DNA of 64,000 bases from Eledone cirrhosa. Lineage: Eukaryota. Position 1 is the stretch's first letter, and each line of letters starts with the position of its first letter. The position numbers and the translations under genes are program-made. Positions 13,334 through 25,139 of this stretch are shown one piece after another. The notes beneath the pieces are model-generated. The model was not told the DNA's origin. It searched no databases and saw nothing but the letters and a program-made list of their open reading frames with translations. The stretch lies in assembly GCA_964016885.1 (NCBI GenBank), contig OZ024751.1:9486001-9550000 (forward strand), written 5' to 3'.

Positions 13334-14374
13334 TTATGGGGCGAAATTATTTATACTATCCCCCTTGTTCTCGTCCTTCCTCACCAGCGAGACTACGCCC
13401 TTGGCTACAGAACAAGGAATTCTCCCGTTCTGCTGCCAATTGCAGTAGACCGATTCGAGGAATTCGGAGAAGAAGACCGGCATTGCTAAATAAAGTTCGT
13501 AAGGTATACCATCGAGACCTGGAGATTTGCGTCTGCTGTATTGGCTCAGCGCATCCCCGATCTCATCAGCCAAGATTGGTCCCTCGCAGGACTCTGCCTC
13601 TTCGCTCGAGAGACGCGGCAGGCCGTCGAGGTATGGACCGAAATCCACGTCCCCGCCCGGACCCTCGCCTCCCCCGAATAATTGGGCAAAGTGCCTTTGA
13701 AAGGCCTCGCACATCTGCTTAGGCTCCCGGATCACCCGTCCATCCTCGTCTTGCAAAGACCGGATGGTGGATCGATTTCCACTCTTAGCTTCTGTCACGC
13801 GGGCCCAGCCAACGGCTTTGACCCCCTCATTACCTAGAGCACGTATTTTACTTCGAATGACGCAGCCTTCGTGCTTTGCATCGAAAAACTGGTTCAAGGC
13901 CGTCCTCGATGCCAGCAATCTGGCCACATCTTCGCTCTTGATTGCCTCTTCTAATTTACCTGTTAATTCTTTCTCGTTTCTATTCCTATCGGCAGCTAAC
14001 ATCTTGCTATAACTTATTGATTCTGTTCTAATCCCTCTTTTGAGAGATGCCCACCATCGGTTGTTGACGATTGCACTCGTCAACCTCTCCTTAACTAATC
14101 TGCTAATCCGGTTTCTGTAAGTCTCTTTTGCCGGTAAAGACAAATTAAGTTTCCAGTAACCGGGACTCTGTTTATGTGTTTTCTCGAGATTGACTACGCA
14201 GGTCACTAATTTGTGGTTCGTATAGCCAACCGTGAGCATTTCTGGACAGCTTAATATGTCCCTATCCTTACTTCTAACTAAGAATCTATCTAAGTACGAT
14301 CTAGATTGACCACTGTGGTTCGTCCAAGTCCAGGTTGGCACAGTTGGAAAATCTAGTCGATATCTATCGACCAA
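13334..14374 (-). pseudogene. Tx1 ORF2, end of APE domain, tether and RT N-terminus
   Basis: WTW..SYLDRFLV, NHKLV, GYWKLN, KSPGLDGIPYELY. Confidence 0.9.
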
Positions 14375-14892
14375 GTTAAAACGGTCGAGTAACCCCTTGA
14401 GGCTGTTACACCCCCTCTATTAGGACATGCTCCTGCATAGTCCCAACGTGCATCTAGGATGTCATTCCAATCCCCCGCTAGAAGCAGGGAACGCGACGTT
14501 TCCAGAAAAGTCTCCAAACGCTGGAAGAAGTCGGGCCGTTCAGCTCCGAAAGGGGAGTAGACGGCGACCAGTCTCAAGGCCGCACCTTTACTACTGCCAA
14601 CGTCTAGCACCAACAAACGACCCTCCGTGTCCGAGTGAACAACCTGTACGGCGAGACCCAGGTGTTTTTCCAGCAGTACGACAACCCCACCCCCACCTCC
14701 AGGTTGACAGAGAGATGCATGCACCTCAAAGTCATCGAAGGTAGGGGCCAGCTGCCGCACGACGCTGATCCGACTCTCACAGATAACCATTACATTTATA
14801 CCACGTGACCTGAGGTCATTTAGAAGCTTTGCTTGCTTCCAAGTTGAGCCCAGGCCACCTGCATTCAAACATCCTACTCTTAACACATCCAT
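14353..14892 (-). pseudogene. Tx1 ORF2, apurinic-like endonuclease N-terminus
   Basis: VGCLNAGGL, ICESR, GGVVVL, EGRLLVL, VYSP, LAGDWN. Confidence 0.9.
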
Positions 14893-16617
14893 GTGGGCGG
14901 CAAAGCCAAAGGAGAGTGTAGAGACTTACCTTTCTGCTTCCCGGGGTTCGGGTCGCACGACTTCCATGGGGTCGGGGGTGTTGGGTGAAGGGGTGTCTTG
15001 TGGTGGTGTGGGGTCGTCAGTGTGTGGTGGGTTTGGGGTGTTTGGAGTTGTGTTGGGGAGGGGAAGGGGAGGGGGAAGCTTTTTAGTAGGACGCGGTTTA
15101 TGAGTTTGACAGAGGGTGATCCTACGTCCTCCTTAAAATCCTTTTTTAGTTTTTGGTAGAGGTTCATTGGGATCTTTATTAATTTTAAATGTGGGTAGTT
15201 TTCTGAAGAAAGAAAGTTTACACCTTCGGTTTGTACCGAAGGATTATTGTTTATGAGTTCATTTAATTTATTATTGTTTCTGTTGATGTAAGTATAGTGT
15301 AATGTCTTTTTTTCAGATGGTGTGAGTGTTTCGAAGAGGGGAGGGGCAGGTTTGGTTTTGTTTGTTGCTGGAGGGGTGTTTTGTGTTTTGTTGGATTGTG
15401 TTGACATTTGGGTAGGGGTTGTTTGGCCTTGTGTGTTTTGCACATGTTTTCTTTTTTTCATTTTAATCTGTCTGAAGGACTCCGTTTCTTCCTCCGAATT
15501 CGTTGGGTTATCTTCCGTGTTGGAGGGAAGAGGTATGTTTGCTGGTAATGTTTCCGTGTTGGTTTTCTTTGTGTGGGAGATGGATGTCACTATGTTAGAC
15601 TGTGTTGTGTGTTGTGGCTGCGGTGGTTGTGTTGTTTTATTGAGTGAGGGGTTGGGTGGGACTGTATTTTGTTTTGGGGTAATGTGTTGTGACTGTTTGT
15701 GTTGTGGTGTAGTTTTACTGACGGACGTGTTGGGTGGGACTGAGTTTTGTTGTTTGTTTATCTGTTGTGGTGGTGGTGGAGCTGGTGTTGGTAGCAGGGT
15801 TTTTTTTGTTGAGTTGGGGACAAGCCGCCTTCAGGTAACCTCTGCCTGCACAGATATGAAAGGACGTCCTTCTCCCCTCCACGCTAATGTTTATATACCC
15901 GTGGCCCTCTAATAGGATTCTGTCGGGTATTTGGGCGATGCGTTCAGGCTTCATTTGCACTACAAGTTCTATACCTGTTCCACTGAACGCATTGCCTGTG
16001 GTTTTCCCAATGGAAATCACGTTGTCATTCGCTGGATCGATGAAGCCAGCTATGAGCCAGCAGTAGTCCACATCTGGCATCATTGCATCCAGCCATATGC
16101 GCTGAGTTCTTTTACCCATATAAAATGGATAAAAGGTAAAATTTGTCGAACGAATCGGTGACAAAGCACATTTTTTTGCCGCCGATTCGTTCTTCATAAT
16201 AATCGCTAGGCTTCCATACAATCTGTCTTTTCTTATGAAAGTAGTTTCATTAAGTACTTCTGTAAGTACTGCTTTGATTTCTGTTTGTGTTGGCTGATGA
16301 GATTTTTTAGAAATAGTGTTGATGGTGCGGAAAACGACCGTCCGACTTTCAATGTCTTTGGTGAGTTCTTGAGGCATTTTTACCGATAAAATACCATTTT
16401 CCCCTTCAGTTATGTATTGTTTGGCGTCTGTAATTCTTTGTGCCACATCTGAAATATTTTCAGGTATATATGTGAAAGATTTCTTTGTTGTTTGTGCAAA
16501 TGAAATATTATTGGTGTTGACTTTGTCGTCTGCTTTGCTTTCTGTTATGATGTTGTTTTCAAGTGTTATTTTTGTGTTTGTCGTGTCTTTGTTTGTGGTA
16601 TTAATATTGTCATGCAA
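14880..16617 (-). pseudogene. Tx1 ORF1 (gag-like), broken into 15715..16617 and 14880..15590
   Basis: Lies upstream of the APE domain. VEGRRTSFHICAGRGYLKAACP resembles a decayed CCHC knuckle and is followed by a low-complexity T/N/P tail. Confidence 0.7.
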
Positions 16618-16737
16618 TTTTTCAAATTTTTTTTTTTACGCTGTTGGAATCAATGTCCAGATTTGTGTTTTCGTCATTTTTCTCCTCAGATTCGTCTGCT
16701 TTTATTTTATTTTTAGATAGATATTTTTATTTTATTT

Positions 16738-16800
<63 letters not shown>

Positions 16801-17100
16801 TGTTTCTTTATTAGCCACAGGGGCACAAAAGAAGGGGACAAATACGAAGGGGGAAGTTTACATACAATAAAAACGTGTAAAATGTTATCACAAATGCAAT
16901 TTAAAAAGTTAGTCGATTTTCCCCAATAGGGGAGACAGTTCATATGGGTAACACATACCCCCGAAAAATGTGCAACCCTCAACTCCAGGAGTACGAAGAG
17001 TTTGTACTCCTTTCCTCTCCTCCTCCTTTTCCTCAACCTACAGGCTGATATAGAGAGAAGTCCCATTCACTCGGGCCATTCTCGCCACTTTTACCTACCT
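16801..17100 (-). mobile_element. Tx1 copy 2, 5'-truncated 3' end
   Basis: Encodes VKVARMARVNGTSLYISL*, homologous to the copy 1 C-terminus. Ends aataaagaaac-(atct)n. Confidence 0.85.
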
Positions 17101-17116
17101 TAGATAGATAGATAGA

Positions 17117-18210
17117 TTTCTTTATTTGCCACAAGGGCGCACAAGAAAAGGGTACAATACAAAGACACATGCCAGGGATTTTACTTACAGTCGTGTAAAA
17201 AAAATATAAAACAAACAATTATAACAATCGAAATCCCCAATAGGGGGGAGACGCCACAAATGGGTTGTTTAATACCCCGTCGATAGAACAACCCTCAACT
17301 TCAGGAGCGTGTTGTGTAAGTGCTCCCTTCTTCCTTTTGGTCTCTTCTTCAACCTACAGGTTTATATACAGAGAAGGCCCAATCACTCGGGCCATTTTTG
17401 CCACATTCACCCACCTTTCAGTAAATTTACTGGGTGCAGTGCCTCTCTCTCCACTCTGATTCTCCTTCTAAAGTGGTATCTAAAGAAGGGAATGAATTGT
17501 TGTCCGGAGTGAAAGGCATCTGTCCTCAGACCTCTCAATCTCATCCACCATATAAGCTCTTTCGCCATAGCCACTATACAGAGGAAAACCCCATCTCTTT
17601 CGTTTTTGAAAGAAGTAGGCGGTTTGATACTTACTATGGACCTGCCTGTAGATCTTGTCACGAAGTGATAGAGCTCCTCGGTAGGGCTGCCAGGCCAGGG
17701 AACTCTGGAAGTGGTCCATGCGTCCCGAGCGGAAAGTCCTACCAAACAGACTGGTGAGTTCATCGTCTTCGACGCCTTGAGTCTCTCCGAGCACGTCGTC
17801 GGCCTTGTGACGTAGTAAGCCTCTATAGAATGTCGAAATGGAGTCTACACTGATTGCCGTGTCCGTTTGACAGAGGACTGTGAGCGCCTGAGCGCATTCA
17901 ATGTGCCAAGCGCCCATCTTCTTCGGTCTTCGCTTGACCCAGGACTGCAGCTCCGTCAGCGAGACAAGTTGCGGGAAGGCCTGTCTCACAAACGGTGCCC
18001 ACACCGGTTGGGGGTCGGTGAGGAATACATGTAGCTGCCGTAGCCTCAGCGCATGCTTGCGCATCATCAGCCACGGCATTCCCAGCCCTCCGTTGAAGGG
18101 GTGATGACAGCAGACGAATCACCTCACCAGTGGAGCCTGCTTCTTCAAAAGGAACTGGAAGAGCATGCGTTCCATCTTGGTGAGGTGTTCACGGGGACAA
18201 GGCACGATGG
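17117..18210 (-). mobile_element. Tx1 copy 3, 5'-truncated with internal deletion
   Basis: MPWLMMRKHALRLR..LTELQSWVK..FQSSLAWQ is homologous to copy 1. Ends aataaagaaa-(tcta)n. Confidence 0.9.
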
Positions 18211-18518
18211 TTTATCCATTAGAATTTAAAACTTGTCAATTCCTTGGATTAGATATCTAGTTTAATAGACTTCTATATGAGCTTCCTTTCATCTTTGCTA
18301 TTTATATCATTATTCCATTTGTCCTCCGGCCTTCCACATTCGTAGTGTAGACTCTCTAAATTTCCTTACGTGATGACTTATACATAAACGATGTTACGGA
18401 TTATACCAATGATCGGCCTTGTTTTCCTGATTGTAGATTCAGATTGTACTCGACATATTATCGGCATAACTTTATAATTTAACTTGAGTAATTGCTTTCG
18501 TGATATATATATATAGAG

Positions 18519-18706
<188 letters not shown>

Positions 18707-18726
18707 ACACACATATATATATATAT

Positions 18727-18784
<58 letters not shown>

Positions 18785-19817
18785 CATATTATGTTTGAAT
18801 GCGTAGATGTAAATATATATATATATACATATCTCGTATATATATATACATTTATACATATATGCATAAAATCAAATATATATATATATATATACATTTT
18901 TCTGTTGGCGAGATTTCATGACGTGAAATCATGTCATGTTTTGAACAATGTCTGTCTATTTGCGTGCGCGCTTGTGTGTGCGTGTGTGTGCGCGCGGGGT
19001 GGGGGGGGGGTCCATGTTTGTATGTGTGCGTGTATGTGAATAAGAAAAAGAGACGAAGAGTCTGTCAGTTTATTATTAATTCCATCTAAAAACCGGTGTT
19101 GGTCTATCAAACTCAGGCTATATGCTCCACCTCACTTCACTTTCCTCACTTGAGGTTCAATACGTACATCTTGTGTCATTTACTTTCAAGTTTCTGTTTA
19201 TTTCTTTACACCACAGCGGGTTGATTCAATTGATATATTTGCATGCAAAGTTAATAAGCAATCAGTTACTACACATGATACGATCAAAAACTTCCTTTTC
19301 GAACGACAATCAATTATATCGGCGGTTAGAGCAAGATCTGATGCTGTTGTACATGTTTCTCACCGTGGTTGTAGTTCACCACGGTACATAAACATGTGCA
19401 GTCTTGAGACTGAGTCGAAATATTGTCTTTTGTAGTAAATATATATATATTATAAAGAGTCGGGACCCGTATGCTGAGCTATTGCCGTTTCAACAGCTGG
19501 TTCCACACACACACACACACATATATATATATAAAAGAAAATTTCGCTCTACATTGCTGAATACAATAAATCTAATCTGAGCTCTTCGAATATTAATAAT
19601 AAAATTCGATTCGTTTGCAATTATGCAAACAAGCCTCAATTTTATAGCCATGCCAGTAGAATGAACACTTCCTTCTTGCTCTTGTGTTGGAATGCGAACA
19701 GAACTGCTGACACTAATGTTTCTAGGTATCATCCTTCATCAGTACAGCTCACTGTTCATCTGCCAAATTGTCAGAGTTAGTGAAAATATATGCTATTTTC
19801 AAAAATACACAGTGACT

Positions 19818-19980
19818 GATCGGCCTGATTTGCATGTTAGCAGGCTGGGTATTCAGTCAGACCTGCATATTAGCAGAGCGAAATTTTCCTTTTTTATTTG
19901 AATTTGGCAAAGCCGGCCATTTATCGCTCGTATACAGGAAACTGACTGGCAAGTCTGCTGATATACAAATCTGGCTGATC
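19818..19980. mobile_element. Possible degenerate MITE
   Basis: ~30-bp imperfect inverted termini gatcggcctgatttgcatgttagcaggct / agtctgctgatatacaaatctggctgatc. Confidence 0.35.
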
Positions 19981-20072
<92 letters not shown>

Positions 20073-20074
20073 AT

Positions 20075-20389
<315 letters not shown>

Positions 20390-20395
<6 letters not shown>

Positions 20396-20419
20396 TATAT
20401 ACACACACATATATATATA

Positions 20420-20502
<83 letters not shown>

Positions 20503-20524
20503 ATATAAATGTGTGTGTGTATTA

Positions 20525-20571
<47 letters not shown>

Positions 20572-20572
20572 G

Positions 20573-20634
<62 letters not shown>

Positions 20635-20701
20635 ATACATATATATATGTATATGTGTGGGTGTGTGTATATATGTGTGTATATATATATATATAGATAT
20701 G

Positions 20702-20754
<53 letters not shown>

Positions 20755-20867
20755 GTGTGTATGTGTGTATATGTATATATGTATATATGTATATATATAT
20801 ATATATATGTATGTATGGTGCTTTTTCCTTATGTATGTGTATATATGTGTATGTGTGTGTATGTATG

Positions 20868-20902
<35 letters not shown>

Positions 20903-20959
20903 GTGTATGTATGTGTATGTATATGTGTGTGTGTGTGTTTGTATGTGTATATATTTGTT

Positions 20960-20998
<39 letters not shown>

Positions 20999-21213
20999 AT
21001 GTGTATGTATGTATATATGTATGTGGTTATATATATGAATGTATATATATATATATGTATATGTGTATATGTATATGTGTGTGTGTGTTTGTGTGTATGT
21101 GTGTATATATGTATATATATGTGTGTGTATGGTTTTTTTTATATACATATATATATATATATATGTGTGTGTGCATGTATGTGTGTGTGTATATATATAT
21201 GTATATATATATG

Positions 21214-21253
<40 letters not shown>

Positions 21254-21551
21254 TATGTATACGTATGTGTGTGTATGTGTATATGTGTATGTATGTATGT
21301 GTGTATGTGTGTATATATATATATGTGTGTGTATATGTGTATGTGTATATGTGTCTGTGTATGTGTATGTATGTATTTATGTCTATATGTATTTGTGTGT
21401 ATATGTATACACATGTATATTTGTGTTTGTATGTATGCGTGTGAGTGTATTTATTTGTGTATATATGTGTGTGTGTGTGTATGTATGTGTACGTGTGTGT
21501 GTATGTGTGTATATATATATGTGTGTGTGTGTATATATGTGTGTGTATATA

Positions 21552-21648
<97 letters not shown>

Positions 21649-21770
21649 GTGTATGTATGTGTGTGTACATGAATATATTTTTATATATGTGTGTGTGTTT
21701 TTATGTGTGTATATGTGTTTGTGTGTGTGTTTATGGTTGCGCGTAAGTGTGTGAGTGAGTATGTGTTTTG
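20390..21770. repeat. Compound (TA)n/(TG)n/(TATG)n microsatellite, representative of dozens in the window
   Basis: Directly visible simple repeats. These are the source of the YI/CV/HT pseudo-ORFs. Confidence 0.97.
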
Positions 21771-22235
21771 TTGTTTTTTTGTGAATGTGTCTGTTGATTT
21801 TTGGCATATAGTTGATTAGTTTAAGAGAAGTTCGAAGATAATAGTAAGATATGCACTCAGTATTTTGAATCTGTCTGCAGAATTCTCTAGACCTTTGTCA
21901 CTTAGTAGAACCTTAATGATTTTAGCTTTTAAAGAATCTCCCTTTACTTTAATTCTATCGACCATGACTGACCCCCCACTGATTTTATAGACATCTGTTA
22001 GCTTAAGAGAAACTTAATGACAAGGAATGGTATGCCATCCGGAACCTGTTTATAGAATTCTGTCTGCCCTTGTTACTCTAAAAACATAAATAAATAAAAA
22101 TAAACTATAGCTTTGTAGAATGAGCTTTTAATGAATTCCCTTTTCTATCAACCAATGACCTGCACCCATCCCACTCCCCACCCTCTCCTAACACTTGTAG
22201 AGACCTATAAATACCATATTTATTTTTTGATACCC

Positions 22236-22286
22236 AGATTCCTGATGATTTCTAATGAATGAAACAGTTCTAGTCCTGTAGAATCT
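22236..22286 (+). ncRNA. Type I hammerhead ribozyme with true stem-loop III, in a PLE 3' fragment (~21790-22369)
   Basis: agattc-CTGATGA-tttc-taat-gaat-GAAA-cag-ttctagtc-ctg-TA^gaatct. Confidence 0.8.
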
Positions 22287-22368
22287 CATCTATATTAAAA
22301 CTTTTATACTCTGCTATGTATTGAGTACCTTACTTACTGTGGTTACCTCCGATTCAACCCGGAATAAC

Positions 22369-22403
<35 letters not shown>

Positions 22404-22692
22404 CAAATAACGAAACGAAATTAAATTTCGTTTCGTTTGTAACTCACTTTTGTATGACTGACGCTTAAACAATTAAGTTAAAAATGTACATCTACATATG
22501 CATACTGAAATACTAGTGTGTATATGAATACACACACGTATACATATGTAGGTGTAACAAGTATTTCACTGGTTGCTTTACTGTGAGCAACTCAGCTATT
22601 CTGTATGTAAACACACAGACAAACCGGTTTTTAGAGTCATACTGGTTTTCGGGGGAACACCTTCCCTCTATTCTCCAGAAAGCCAGACAAGG

Positions 22693-22737
22693 AATATTGA
22701 ACTAGTTTCGTTGTTGTTACAACTCATCAGCAATATT
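22693..22737 (-). ncRNA. Type I hammerhead ribozyme (467-bp unit, inverted copy)
   Basis: aatattg-CTGATGA-gttg-taacaa-caac-GAAA-ctag-TT^caatatt on the minus strand. Confidence 0.88.
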
Positions 22738-23042
22738 TACCTATCTACCGGCCCTTCTGGAGACTTGTAACAGCACATATCGTTATATGCTTTTTCTATG
22801 AAAATTAGTAGTGGGCAGACTAATTTGCATAGAGTGTGAGTACGCACCGGTTCAGCGGAGACGATAAAAACAAATAACGAAACGAAATTTAATTTCGTTT
22901 CGTTATTTGTTTTTATCGTCTCCGCTGAACCGGTGCGTACTCACACTCTATGCAAATTAGTCTGCCCACTACTAATTTTCATAGAAAAAGCATATAACGA
23001 TATGTGCTGTTACAATTCTCCAGAAGGGCCGGTAGATAGGTA

Positions 23043-23087
23043 AATATTGCTGATGAGTTGTAACAACAACGAAACTAGTTCAATATT
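23043..23087 (+). ncRNA. Type I hammerhead ribozyme (467-bp unit, copy 2)
   Basis: aatattg-CTGATGA-gttg-taacaa-caac-GAAA-ctag-TT^caatatt. Predicted cut at 23080/23081. Confidence 0.88.
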
Positions 23088-23509
23088 CCTTGTCTGGCTT
23101 TCTGGAGAATAGAGGGAAGGTGTTCCCCCGAAAACCAGTATGACTCTAAAAACCGGTTTGTCTGTGTGTTTACATACAGAATAGCTGAGTTGCTCACAGT
23201 AAAACAACCAGTGAAAGACTTGTTACACCTACATATGTATACGTGTGTGTATTCATATACACACTAGTATTTCAGTATGCATATGTAGATGTACATTTTT
23301 ATCTTAATTGTTTAAGCGTCAGTCATACAAAAGTGAGTTACAAACGAAACGAAATTTAATTTCGTTTCGTTATTTGTTTTTATCGTCTCCGCTGAACCGG
23401 TGCGTACTCACACTCTATGCAAATTAGTCTGCCCACTACTAATTTTCATAGAAAAAGCATATAACGATATGTGCTGTTACAATTCTACAGAAGGGCCGGT
23501 AGATAGGTA

Positions 23510-23554
23510 AATATTGCTGATGAGTTGTAACAACAACGAAACTAGTTCAATATT
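23510..23554 (+). ncRNA. Type I hammerhead ribozyme (467-bp unit, copy 3)
   Basis: Identical motif 467 bp downstream. Predicted cut at 23547/23548. Confidence 0.88.
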
Positions 23555-23779
23555 CCTTGTCTGGCTTTCTGGAGAATAGAGGGAATGTGTTCCCCCGAAA
23601 ACCAGTATGACTCTAAAAACCGGTTTGTCTGTGTGTTTACATACAGAATAGCTGAGTTGCTCACAGTAAAGCAACCAGTGAAAGACTTGTTACACCTACA
23701 TATGTATACGTGTGTGTATTCATATACACACTAGTATTTCAGTATGCATATGTAGATGTACATTTTTAACTTAATTGTT

Positions 23780-24126
<347 letters not shown>

Positions 24127-24145
24127 TATATATATATATATATAT

Positions 24146-24242
24146 GCGGCAGATCTCACTCTACTTCCCTCTCTACTTCCCTAAATATTGAGTACTCTGT
24201 TGCGTTATGGTCCATCTGGTTCCTTAGCACAATTCCTTCGTT
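24146..24242 (+). mobile_element. Half-hammerhead family, short fragment
   Basis: Ends gcgttatggtccatctggttcctta.cacaattccttcgtt-(TA)n like the other copies. Confidence 0.7.
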
Positions 24243-24271
24243 ATATATATATATATATACATATGTATATA

Positions 24272-24700
24272 TCTAGGGCGGGTAAAATTCCCGAGATCCA
24301 TGGACTAGTTCTCTCCAGCGCTCTCTGTCCCCCATTATCTGCCATGTCCGGCGTCTCCAACAAACCAGTGTCTGTCCTTAGCGCATCAACATACGGTAAC
24401 CGTGGTCTTTCTCTTCCAGTGTGTCCATGCAGGGGCTCCCACAGGAGCACTGAGTGCAGTATCAAATTTGGATGTCGGTGAGCATGTCCAGCTAACCTCA
24501 GTATGAGTGAGTTGCAGACCCGTACAGAAGCACAGAGGACTGTGCTGCTGTACGGGTCTGCAACTCACTCAGATGGTAGATGGGTGCTATACGAGAATGC
24601 TCAGGAAGGCTCTAAACATTAATCAGTATACACTGAGGATGAAAAACTCAGAGCTGTATGGGAGCCTCCCGAACGTCATCTCAAAAGTGAAACAAAAGTG
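24272..24700. mobile_element. Rearranged RTE/RTE-X-like LINE 3' fragment with internal fold-back
   Basis: Plus strand gives DGCYTRMLRKALNI..NSELYGSLP. Minus strand gives LRLAGHAHRHP..VLLWEPLHG..RPRLPYVDALRTDTG. Hairpin at 24504-24571. Confidence 0.75.
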
Positions 24701-24712
24701 ATATATATATAT

Positions 24713-25134
24713 TTAAAAAAATAGAGGTGTAACACACGAGTTGTGATATATTAGTAAAAGGAAAAGAAAATGCTGACAAATTTTTCCCAGTGAAAAATAG
24801 TTTGATTAGGAATAAGTATAAATTAGTAATAAGTATTGGTTCGTATTCAGTTTTAGTTTTAAGTCTTTACCGGTTGCTCATTTCTAATGCTTTTCAAAAA
24901 TAATTTTGAGATAGAGCGCTCGTAATGTTTGCTCTAATCTGATTAGAGCAAACATCACGAGCGCTCTATCTCAAAATTATTTTTGAAAAGCATTAGAAAT
25001 GCGCAACCGGTAAAGACTTAAACCTAAAACTGAATACTAACCAATACTTATTACTAATTTATACTTATTCCTAATTAAACTATTTTTCAGTGGGAAAAAA
25101 TTGTCAGCATTTTCTTTTCCTTTTACTAATATAT
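24713..25134. mobile_element. Palindromic PLE pseudo-LTR pair (axis 24940) with HHR variant
   Basis: 24746-24939 mirrors 24941-25134. ttt-TTGAAAA-gcat-tagaa-atgc-GCAA-ccgg-TA^aag lies at 24980-25015 and has a mirror copy. Confidence 0.8.
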
Positions 25135-25139
25135 ATATG

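Larger units (their letters stand above)
11244..16720 (-). mobile_element. Near full-length L1/Tx1-clade non-LTR retrotransposon (copy 1), flanked by (GATA)n
   Basis: ORF1 with degenerate zinc knuckle, APE endonuclease, RT (QGCPLS, YADD) and C-terminal CX2CX7HX4C. The 3' end is aataaagaaa-(tcta)n. Confidence 0.95.

Noticed and set aside
23165-23230. Second hammerhead in the 467-bp unit (CAGAATA..stem..GAAA)
   Set aside because: A hairpin and GAAA are present, but the core has two mismatches and no convincing stem III or stem I. Treated as a structural hairpin only.
22573-23674. Thrice-repeated 65-aa ORF in the 467-bp unit
   Set aside because: It is antisense to the ribozyme, uses a non-ATG start and has no recognisable motif. 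It recurs only because the unit is repeated.
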